This document shows, piece by piece, positions 49,189 through 60,446 of a DNA stretch of 64,000 nucleotides. This DNA comes from Heterodontus francisci (taxonomy: Eukaryota). The translations under genes were made by a program, and so were the position numbers. Location of the stretch: positions 37,359,243-37,423,242 of the forward strand of contig NC_090394.1 in assembly GCF_036365525.1 (NCBI RefSeq), given 5' to 3'. The notes beneath the pieces were generated by a model. That model worked only from the letters and a program-made list of their open reading frames with translations. It was not told the origin of the DNA and made no database searches. Position 1 is the first letter of the stretch; each line of letters begins with the position of its first letter.

Positions 49189-51361
49189 CAGGAGCTGTGG
49201 AATTAGTTTTGAATTACTCTAGCAAACAGCCAACCACACAGGATGGGGCAAATGCTCCTTAAGTGTTTATGGCTCAATGGCTTCATATACTGAAGGAGAA
49301 GATTGAGGCAAATTTCTCCTCATGCTCTTTCTCAACCATCCAAATCCCTCACCACCAATGTCTCCTAAATGCTGTGAGCTCACTATGAGATTGGTCCTTT
49401 ATTTCTACTCTCTTATATGGCTGACACATGTAATAATATATCTATCACTTTATACTCTGCATTTGATGCTGTAATAAAATCATGGCAAAATCTGACAAAA
49501 ATCAACAGAAGGCTGGAGACAGAGGCACAGAAGGTGGCCATTCAGCCCATCGAGTCTATGCCAGCCCTCTTTAGAGCAATCCACTCAGTCCCATTCCCCC
49601 AGATATTAATCTTAAAATCAGTCCTTTGAAAAGATTTCTTATGGAACCTTCTTTAAACTAAAATTTGTATTGTCAAAAACAAACAATACATTTTTGCAAA
49701 GCCCAGGACTTAAGAGCATTGATTTGTTGCAGCCTTGGGACACAGAGGAAATAATAACGAATACCAAAATAGAGAGATAATATGAATATCTAGTACTACC
49801 GTCTGCCATGACTAATGGTCTCACTAATGGATCAGAACAGGCTCATTCCTCTGTGTTCTTAACTTTGCTATGCCTGGCAAATTACTTCTCTCTACGTCAC
49901 TTAGTTCCCTTGTCCCACAAGAACATAGCCCTTGAATTAGATAGAATTTTTAGCATAGAAACAAGTTATTCAGTCCAACGGTCTCTGCCAGTATTTATGC
50001 TCCTTCGCCAAACCCTATTAAAATATCCTTTCCCCCTTCTGTATGAATAGTGTCTATGCTGTTTACTGCAACTACTCCATGCGGTACAGCCATTAATATA
50101 TGTTAACCAAGCTACATTCTCCCATTTAAGTTAACTATGTTGCTCCAATGTAGAGGCACAGACCTACAAGAGACAGCTCCTTACCCCAGGTGAGTGCCCA
50201 AGTTCAGTTGTTTAAAGAGGGCTGTCAAGCTGCAGAGAAAGTGAAAAATATCCAAATCGAGACAGGCCAAGCTGTTCTACCAGAGTCAATAAAAGGGGCC
50301 TCACAACAACTTAGCTAGCCATCCTCTCACTAGAAAATGGTATACAGCATGAGAAAATTAAGAGGAAAGAAACCAGAAACAAAAATGCTAATTATGCTAT
50401 TACGATTACTGAAGTACGAGAATATCAAGTTTTCCAGGGACCTCTGGTTTCAAATGGAGATCATGATTAATACTAGACACTGAAACCAAGGTAAATTAGA
50501 AAGAAGTAGGGTGGTCAATGTAGAGCAAGAAATAAATTTCAGCCTAGTTTTATATGGTCCACTTCTGGTATGGGCCTTGAACTCTCAACTTTGATTCAAA
50601 AGGCAAGGCTGCTAACACTGAGTCAAGCTGACCATTAAACTGTGCTGCAATGCAGATCAAATGGTTAGCACTAAGGTATTGCCAAAATACTGTGTTCTTA
50701 ATATTATAGTGAAGTTGTTCTAAAGCCGTGAACTGACATCCCAGCACAGTTCTACACGCACTATCTTACTGAGGTGCTAATTTTGGATAAAATGTTCAAC
50801 AGGGATCCTGTGGCTTCAATTAAGTAGACCCTGCAGCACAAATCACAAAGGTGTCACAATGCTCACATTTGAGTTAACACTTGCCCTGGATATTTCCCAA
50901 CTCTCACTTCTGCATTTACTGCCCCAGCATATATATCAGACATAAAGAAAAAAAACAAATCCTGGAAATCTGGACTAAAATCAGGAATGTGCAGTCCAGT
51001 CAATATCTGGGGAAAAAAAGGTTAACATTTTAGATGATACCCTTACCATAAGCATCTGCATTACATTGTACTGTTCTAGGAAAGATCTTCAAAACCACAC
51101 AAATGCAATGATTAAGCAGTTGAATTCATACTGCTGTTAAACATCAAGATTACGTGATAAAAGGATAAACCAAAAAAGAGGAAGAACCTCAAAACAGTCA
51201 TCTTCTCAGTTGGAAATGCAGCTGACTTGGCACTGAAAAGCACTGTAGGAATCAACAACCTACCCATCTCCTAGTGAGCCAAAAAGGAATGGGATAAAAG
51301 CTGTTTATAGAAGTATGGAATGCAATTCTACCAGCCGATGGTGTGTGGACAAATAAAGTTC

Positions 51362-51444
51362 AATGATTCCAAATGTCACAGTAAACAGTACCTATTGTTA
51401 TTATTTGAAGCAGAGAAAGATACAAGTCTAGTAGCGAGGGGAGA
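51362..51444 (+). repeat. 83-bp direct repeat, copy 2
   Basis: 80/83 identical to 49106-49188. Confidence 0.9.
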
Positions 51445-52200
51445 AATAAAACAGATTAACAACATGTGCTTTTAGTACTGATAATGTGCCATGCGCACTA
51501 GATGCACAAGACATCCTTGCCCTGCCCTCCCCAACCCCTGTCAAACAACGCTATAAGGTATAAAAGGAGGAAAACCCCATGGGTCTGGAATCAATTTTGC
51601 ACCGGTCTCCAGAAAAATCAGAGGTACAGAAAATAAGCATTGTTTTCCCATAGGTGCTCCAACAGGAGACACCAGCATTCTGGTATATTGCAAGGGAGGA
51701 GAGGTCACTCTTCCAGCAACTCATCACTAATATAAATGTCTAACTCCTTCCAGCTGAAGAGAGAGACAAGAATACAAATTATGCATGGGAGAAGCCAGCA
51801 CTGGATGATGCAGAGGTGATTAGACAGCTCTGCAGAGAACATGTGAATATAACAAATTGTGCCATTAAGTTGGCTAGTGCCTGTGTCCAATGGTTCAGCA
51901 CTCATCACAACAAAGGGCCATTGTTAAGAGTCTAGTCACTGAAAGCCATATGAACAGTAAATGTGCTCTTAATGAAAGAGTGAATATAAATGAAATAAAT
52001 GCATTTGAAATAAAGCTCATTATTTCACTGCATGTAAAAGTTTTAACAACAAAAAGCAAGGCACAATTCACACATCTATTATTACCATGGCTGCATAATT
52101 CCTTACACACCTGCTCCACCTGGCATTACTGAATCTCAGACTCACAGAAATGGAGAACACATCTGTAAAAACATGCAATAATAAAGAGGGGCCTCACACT

Positions 52201-53203
52201 TGTTACGAACAGGTGGCAAGCAGTGTGGCTAACTTCCCAATGATCACAATCGTGGTTTGTTAAAAATGGTGCGTTAATCCAAGTGCTTTAGGGTCAAATA
52301 AACAAATGACAGATTTGCTCGTGGTTGAAAAAAATTACATTTAAACAGCAAAAACCTAAACTTCGCAACCTTCACCCAGTCATGCATTCACACACACATG
52401 CATACACAAGAATAGAGATGGGGAGGATGCAGTTTATGTTTAAAAGGGAGGCAAGAGTTCATTGTTCTCAGAAAACCTGTTGTATCTTCCCAGGAGGAAA
52501 AGTATTTTTAAAGGTGCAGGCCTGAATGTTTGTATTCGTGAACTAGCTGAGGTGTTGAAGATTTCTGGTTGTTAAAACTTCAGACTGGAGGTGGTGGTCA
52601 CTTTACGTTCCCTGCTGCAACAAGTTGAAGTGTAGAATTAGCAGCAGAGCTTCATCCTTGTGCTGATCCAATCTCTCAGCCTTTGGCTGAACTGGCTTTC
52701 GTTGTTTTTTTCTCAATCTCTCCTCTCTCTCCAGAGGGCTACCTTTAAAACTCCATCACCTTTGATTTTCTGTTAAGTGACACATCGCCCTCTCCTCTGG
52801 TGTGACCACACAATGGACCAGGATATGGACACCATGGCTATCTGTTGATGTCTGAATGGGGACCATTCTGTTATAATGGTGCTACTCCATACTTTTTAAT
52901 TTTGTTTTGGGCTGTAAGTCAGCTTGTCTCCAGAACCCTTTGCAAATAAGAGTTATTAATATGCAATGGTGCTTTCAATTTCAATGGGCTCTCCCCAGAG
53001 CTATTCAGACGCAGTTAATGACTTTCATCTTTGTATACAGGTTTGATGATTTCCTGTACAGGAGGGGTCACATGACCACAACCCCATTTTGATTGTGGTA
53101 CAAGTGTCCACGTTCTAATGCTTTAGTTTAACAGTTGACTTTTTATTTTCATAATTCTTCCAATTCATTGTTTATTTCATCACGGCTCCTTTTGTGCATG
53201 ACA
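52201..53203. mobile_element. Solo LTR, about 1 kb (Gypsy or class I ERV type)
   Basis: Termini TGTTACG...CATGACA with a perfect 4-bp TSD CACT (52197-52200 and 53204-53207). Confidence 0.8.
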
Positions 53204-53967
53204 CACTGAGGATAAATCCAAAGTCCAGAGGAGCAGCATAATACAGACAGCTACTCACACTGGCACGCTTCATTGATTCACTCAAGTCCACAGTTTCAAG
53301 ATTAAAACATGAGTGGACAAAATCAGAAGTTCATTTTGCACAACATACCACCAAATTTCAACCAGTTTGTCATTAAAATAAAGTTGACATGAATAAAGTC
53401 ATAGCATTTAGTATATTAAGTATCTTCAAAAGTTGATTTTAAGAGGATTCCAATCAGAGTGGATATTGAAAAGATTTTGCAGTAAGATAGGTTTTTCACT
53501 CATTTAATTAAGTTCCACTCCACACCTAAAATGGTGTTACTGGAGGCAAGTGTTCGAGTTAACTATCTTAAAATGTGCAAAATACATAGAATTTACAGCA
53601 CAGAAACAGGTCTTTCAGCCCAACTGGTCTATGCCAGTGCTTATGCTCCACATAAGCCTCTTCCCATTCCAATTACTTCTCGCCCTGCTCCAGGACCCTT
53701 CTATTCCCTTGTCCCTCATGCCTCCTGTTAAATGCTTCAACCACTCAATCATGAAGAAATTTCTCAAATTCTTTATTTGATCTGTTAGTGAATAATCTAT
53801 ATTTATGCTCTCTTGTTCTGGATTCACTAAGAAGTGGAAACAATTTTTCCACATTCAACCTAACAAAGTCTTGATTATTTTAAAGACCTCTAGTAGTTCT
53901 AATCTTAGTCTTGTTTTTTTTTTCCAGAAAAATAGCTCCTACCTACTCAATCCTTTTTCTTATCCAT

Positions 53968-54915
53968 AAATCATGGGATGTGGGCATCACTGGCAAAGCC
54001 AGTATTTATTGCTCATCAAGGTGGTCTTGGTGAGCCATCTTCTTGAACTGCTGCAGTCCATGTGGTGAAAGTGCTACCACAGTGCTGTTAGGTAGGGAGT
54101 TCCAGGATTTTGACTCAGTGACAATGAAGGAATAGTGATACATTTCCAAGGCAGGATAATGTGAGACTTTGAGGGGAGCTTGCAGGTGATGGCTTCCACA
54201 TGTGCCTGCTGCCCTCACCCTTCTAGGCAGTAGAGATTGTGGGCTTGGGGAGTTGTTGTCAAAGCAGCCTTGGCGAGTTGCTGCAGTGCATCTTGCAGAT
54301 AACACACACTGAAGCCACAGTGCATCACTGATGATGGGGTGCCAATCAAGTGAGTTGCTTTTTCCTAGACGGTGTCAAGCTTCTTGAGTGTTGATGGAGC
54401 TGCACTCATCCAGACAAATGCAGAGTATTTCATTATACTCCTGATTTGTGACTTGTAGATGGTGGAAAGGCTTTGGGGAGTCACAAGGTGAGTAACTTGC
54501 CACAGAATAACCAGCCTCTGACCTGCTCTTGTAGCCTCATAAGTTAAGTTTCTGTCAATGGTGAAGCCCAGGATAATGGGTGATTGATGATGATAATGCC
54601 ATTGGATATCATGGAGAGGTGGTTAAGATTCCCCATTGTTGGTGATGGTCACGGACATGCTTGGCTCCGCTGTCAGAGGATGGGGATGTTCATGGAGCCT
54701 CCTCCCCGATTAGTTGTTTAATTGTCCACCACCGTTTATGACCAAATGTGGCAGGATTGAAGAGCTTTGATCTGAACCTTTGGTTGTGGGATCGCTTAGC
54801 TCTGTCTATTGCTTGCTACACCTGCTGTTCAGCATGCATGCAATCTTGTGTTGGAGCTTCACCAGGTTGGCACCTCAATTTTTACGTATACCTGGCATTG
54901 CTGCTGGCATTCTTA
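53968..54915 (-). mobile_element. Internally deleted older copy of the 60356-63766 LINE family
   Basis: Tail tcatgggatgtgggcatcactggc; segments match 62810-63750 and 61580-61830 in reverse complement. Confidence 0.85.
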
Positions 54916-55344
54916 ATCAAGTTCTTGTAATTCTTTTCTGCACTTCCTCCAGTGCTTCAATAACCTTTTCGCAGTACAGAGACCAGAATTGCACAAGTGC
55001 ATTATAGAATCAGATAGTGTGGTCTAACCAAGTTCCTATGATCCCCCACTTCGGTATCATCTGCAAATTTTGACTTTATACCAACAATTTCTAAATCCAA
55101 ATCATTTACGTATATTGTGAACAACAGCGGTCCCAATAGTGATCCTTGTGGGATGACATTCCCCACTTACTGCCAGTTTGAAGAACTTCCCTTAACTTTT
55201 ACTCTCTTCTTTCTGTTCTGTAGGCATCTTTCAATCTATTCTGCTTCCAAGCCCCCACTCCACATGCCTTGACCTTTATCATGAAGTTTTTATGTGGCAC
55301 CTTATTAAAGTCCTGCTGAAAGTCCATGCATATCATATCCTAGG

Positions 55345-55550
55345 ATGGAGAGACACTACCCCCAGGCCAATAAGCAGTTCCATGAGGTGCAGATCCATAT
55401 GGAGCAGCTGGAAAAGGCTACTCACTTGGTGGAAAATGAAATCCAAGCCTGAATAGATCAGCGTTCAGCAACGTGGAGCCATTTAACATACCGGCCAAAG
55501 AACCTCCAAAGGGTTGGCAGAATATCAAACTCAGAATGGATCAACTGAAA
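55345..55550 (+). pseudogene. GOSR2: Processed (intronless) 5' fragment of Golgi SNARE GOSR2/membrin
   Basis: Translates MERHYPQANKQFHEVQIHMEQLEKATHLVENEIQA*IDQ, then after a frameshift FSNVEPFNIPAKEPPKGWQNIKLRMDQLK. This aligns with the vertebrate GOSR2 N-terminus as recalled (..KQVHEIQSCMGRLE..VHIVENEIQASIDQIFS..SKEPPNKRQNARLRVDQLK). Confidence 0.85.
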
Positions 55551-58500
55551 TTAAGGATCAACTATACTTGATCCTGCATTACCCATAAAATGTATTTTTA
55601 GAATTAAAGTTTATTTTGATGCAACAATCACTTCATTGCAAAATCACAAATGACTTAAATTAGTAACTTCCAACATCTAAACATTACCTTTGTCTACTCT
55701 GTTCTTCAAATATTTCAATTATGTTGACTAAATATTACCTTTCAAGAAATGCTTGCTTATATTCTCCACCTCTATATGCTTTGCTACTGATGTTAGCTAG
55801 GATTCCAGTATTTATCCTACCACTGATGTTAACTGGTCTATAAATCCCTAGATTAATTTCTTCTTTTTTAAGATAGGAATCACATTTGTTTTGCATCAGT
55901 CCTCTAGCACTATTCCTTTATCAACTGATGTAAGGATAGTGCCTCGACTGCTCCTTCCCTAGTTTCTTTGAGTATCCACAGGTATAATCCATCTGGAGCC
56001 ACTGCTTTGTTCTTAAGTTTGTCTAACATCACCTTTCTATCATATCCATTTTGATGACTTCTACTGTTGTCAGTTCCTCTTCGTTAACCTCTTCAGTGAA
56101 AAGTATCTATTCAGTAATCCAGCCATTTCGTTATCATATTCTGTGAGACTTGTTTGCACATCCTGGCGAGCCTGACCCTATTTTAATTCTCCTTTCGTTA
56201 CTTATGCGCCGATTGAATATTTTACTTTTTAAAAAATATACTTTGACATTTTCATTTCATATTTCCTCCCATGCTCCTAATTGTCTATTTAACGTCTTAC
56301 CTAAGCTCATCATATTCCTTTTTACCATCCTTTCCTTTATTGTTTATGTACTTTGCACATGCTTTTTTTCTTTGGACTCAAATCTAACATATCATTCAAG
56401 TTTTCCCTTTGCTGTGTAGAACCCTTAAAGCAATTCTCTCTCCAATTCTTTTTGGCCAGAAGAAGCCAATTTAGCATATCTGCAAACTGAAGGTGCTATT
56501 TATCCCAGCTCAGAGATGTCTGAAGCTTCCATTAAAATTCTTTCCATTGACTCTATTCCCACTTTTTTCATTCTGAACATCAAATGAAAAAAAGGAATTG
56601 CATAGTAGTATGCAAGATCCATTGCAACTGACCTGCTGCAGAGAGATTAATGAACAGTGGAGCACATCTCTGCGTTACTTCCCTCTTCTGCTTGCACTCA
56701 AAAATGACTTCTTAGTTTCTCCTTATGTAATGTGACTTAAGCAACCCTACAACAACATTTCCAGCCAGAATGAAGACAAGGTTTTGAGAAATCAATGACT
56801 GATATTTTCAGTAGGAAATGGGCATTTTTCTTCCAGCCATTAAATACTGCTTAATCTTTTCATTTACTAATAATTTTTCAAGTCAAGTTCTAGAACATAA
56901 CATTTCTGTGGGTTGGGGCAGGGAGGGAAAGGCACTTTTCTTTCCCATGACCGACTGTCAAATAGCCAGGAAGCCAGATTCTCGCCACTCCTGATGCCTT
57001 AACTGCAGACCAAGTAATACTGTACAATTAGTCAAATTTATCATACTGTCTGAAGCATGGATTCTTGAGAAGAAATAGCATCTTCATCTCTACTACTATT
57101 CAATGACATAATGGTTCATAAATACAAAAATACACAACTTGGTTTAGTTAACAGTGATGGCATTACAGATACACTCAGAAATCTAGTTTTTTTTTGACAC
57201 ATGACCTTGGTCGCTCATATAATTATTTAAGTTTTGATTGGTGTTCTAACATATCTATTAATTTAAAACTATGCAGCTGGGGCTTGCACATTAATACGGC
57301 GCAACTTTACCTGCCTGGAACCATTTTAATCTGAATAAATGTAGCACACATTCACACTGCATCAGAAGCCTTCCACCATGCCAACGTATTCTTTCAACAA
57401 AGATCTATTAACATAAACGTGCTTTGCAGCCCCAAGTATGCTAATTGAAACGATTCCTTGTATTGACAGTATGACTTGTACAGTAACTTATAGACCCACA
57501 GAAAGTCACTTGCACAAGAATGCAAAGACGACACTGCTGCAAGCTCAAGTGATCTGCTTCAGTACTAAATGAGTCCTCAATTACATCTACTTACAAATGC
57601 ATCTCCAGTAGCCAACTCCTACTTTTGTATGCCAAAGACCTCTCTTTCCCAATTCATATGCAGAAATTGGTATAAACAAATATATTCAACTTCAACACAG
57701 TAACAGTCTTCCAGAGACAGAGGTGAACACCATTTTAAAGGGGGAACCAGTCAAGTCTTACTTTCCAAATTCATTTTCTACCAGTCCATTTTATGAATCT
57801 AAATCATCGAGATGCATTTCCCAGACATCCTACTATATGAAACACGATTTAGTTTTGACCAGCATTCAGCAAGCTAACATGAGCATGATTTTGGGATTTC
57901 TGCACCCGTTCTCAGAATCTTCAGTAAACCAATTCCAAACTGCTCCTATATAGAGCCAGGACAATAGGTTCTTTTGGTCGTATAAATTCTTTCATTACCT
58001 TTCTCTCAAAAAGTACTAATGACAAACCCTTCGAGAATACTTGGACTCTGTCATTCTTGTGCAGGAATAGCAAATTGTATACCAAGACCTTGAAATTCCT
58101 GCACGGGTGCATCCTGGTAGTTACACCAAAAAAATGTGCTCATTCTCCCAATCTGAAGATACACTGAAATTCCCTTCCAATCCAATTTGCAAAATGGACG
58201 TGAAAGTTATAAATCACAGAAACAATCAGGACCCAAGGGAAGTGCCAAACTCAAACAATATATCAAAGTATGAAATTTAACATTCAAATCTTTCAGCCAT
58301 CATCCAAATTATGCATAAATGTCTCAGAGCCTGCAATCAGGCAAAGTTTTCAATTTTTAATGTGACTTGTACTTACGTCATAAGACATGAAAAGAAACAA
58401 AGTAATGAGCACATCTCAATGAGGACTTTTTTTTTCAAATGCATAAAACAAAATCCAACAGCAGACAAATGACTTGTTTCCTGCTGCACCTGAATATCTG

Positions 58501-59017
58501 CTGATAATTTGAAGAGAGCCTGAGTAAAGCGCCATTGCATGAATCTCCTGTATGAGACTCTATTACCTAGGCGCAGATTGAAATTACTAGCACTTATGCC
58601 AGAAGTACAAACTGTTGCAGCTGCAACAATATACAAAAATATACACACAGAACACTGGCAGAAAGATTCTGTATACTGCATACTATTCTGTCTGTGGAAT
58701 TCTCTCCCAGACCGTATTCTTGCCTGAAACCTTAACTTTCAGTGCTGAAATTAAGAAGCTGGGTAAAAAGTGGGCCATCAGCAACCTGTGACTTTCCGAT
58801 TTGAGCAACTGTATGAAGCTCCCAAATCACCATATATTCAAGCATGGGGATGACTACAAATAGAATCTTCTTTTAAGAGCAGACTACAAAAAAGGTACAG
58901 CTTCTGAATCATGGGAAATAAGATTCTCAATTGTGGGAGCTTCTGTGAAACCACTGAACAAACAAATGGTATTTTAAAACTCCAAAACAGTAAAGAGAGA
59001 AACATCCTTCTCAAGAG

Positions 59018-59765
59018 TATTTCTTAAATGGTAAGAGATTAGAAAGTGTGGATGTACAAAGGGACCTGGTGTCCTTGTCAATAAGTCACTGAAAGCTAAC
59101 ATGCAGGTGCAGCAAGCAATTAGGAAGGCTAATGGTATGTTAGCCTTTATCGCAAGAGGATTTGAGTACAGGAGTAGTGAAGTCTTGCTTCAATTGTATA
59201 GAACTTTGGTTAGACCACACCTGGAGTACGGTGTGCAGTTGTGGTCCCCTTACCTTAGGAAGGATATTATTGCCATAGAGAGAGTGCAACGAAGGTTCAC
59301 CAGACTTGTTCCCGGGATGGCAGGACTGTCCTATGAATTGGGATTGGGGAAACTGGGCCTGTATTCTCTAGAGTTTTGAAGAATGAGAGGTGATCTCATT
59401 GAAACTGACAAAATACTTAAAAGGGATAGACAGAGTAGATGCAGCGAAGATGTTTCCCCTGGTTGGGGAGTCTAGAACCAGGGGACACAATTTCAAAATA
59501 AGGGGGAAGCCACTTAGGATACAGATGGGGAGAAATTTCTTAACTCAGAGGGTTATGAATCTTTGGAATTCTCTATCCCACAGGGCTGTGGAAGCTCAGT
59601 CATTGAGTATGTTTAAAGCAGAGATTGACAGATTTCCAAATACAAATGACATAAGGGGATATGAGGATACTGTGGGAAAAAGGCACTGAAGTGGATGATC
59701 AGCCATGAACATATTGAATAGCAAGGCAGGCACGATGGGCTGAATGGCCTCCAATGTTCCTAAAT
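59018..59765 (+). mobile_element. CR1/HER1 LINE 3' fragment
   Basis: Peptides KANGMLAFIARG..LVRPHLEYGVQLWSP..ERVQRRFTR and ESRTRGHNFKI, followed by the CR1 tail. Confidence 0.92.
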
Positions 59766-59954
59766 TTCTCAATGACCAACAGTGCCCTTTTCTGAGGCAG
59801 AGCAGCTGAACTGTCCTAAGCCAGCTGTTCTCAATCTTTGCCCTCGAATTTCTGCTGTGAGGAAGTGACTTCATTCCAATAGGTCATTTGAGATGAGAAG
59901 CTAAACATAGGAAATTTGTGCTACTAGTCAGGGTGGAGGCAGGAAAGAGATGAT

Positions 59955-60172
59955 TTTGCATTTTACACAGTGCTGATGATCTGGAATGCACTGCCTGAAG
60001 AGGTGGTGAAAGCTGATTCAATAATAACTCTGAAAAGGGAACTGGATGTACACTTGTAAAGGAAACATGTCCAAGGCGACAGGGGAGTAGAACGAATTGA
60101 ATAGTCTATTAAAAAGAGCCGGCACGTGCACAATAGGTCAATTGGGGCCTTCTGTGTTGTATGATTCGACTA
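59955..60172 (+). mobile_element. CR1 3' tail fragment
   Basis: ctggaatgcactgcctgaagaggtggtg...ggccttctgtgttgtatgattc. Confidence 0.75.
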
Positions 60173-60355
60173 TTATGAAACCAAGAATTCATGAGTTATT
60201 GGGCATGATGCTAATGTTTCATGTACTGACACATCTTGTATGCCATACATACATAAGCAGAAAACATACACATACCCATGTAATTTCTTCTATTTTAGGT
60301 GGCTGGGGACTGAAAGTTACATCTACCAGAGCACCTGAACAATCTTAACATTTAT

Positions 60356-60446
60356 GGGGAGGCGCTGGCGTAGTGGTATTGTCACTGGACTAGTAACCCA
60401 GAGACCCAGGGTATTGCTCTGGGGACATGGGTTCAAATCCCACCAC
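60356..60446 (+). promoter_or_regulatory. tRNA-derived internal Pol III promoter (A and B boxes), tRNA-Thr(AGU)-like
   Basis: A box TGGCGTAGTGG at 60366-60376, anticodon-like loop CTAGTAA, B box GGTTCAAATCC at 60430-60440. Confidence 0.75.

Larger units (their letters stand above)
53582..56400 (-). mobile_element. Old fragmented CR1 LINE hosting nested insertions
   Basis: CR1 tail at 53582 and RT relics at 54920-55340 (KFADD-like gtatcatctgcaaatttt, QGSLLGP). Very decayed beyond 55575. Confidence 0.65.

Noticed and set aside
60356-60446. A genuine tRNA gene
   Set aside because: The acceptor stem is poor, the variable region is oversized and there is no T-run terminator. It is a retroelement head, and the same applies to the SINE heads at 23485, 33122, 43064 and 43317.
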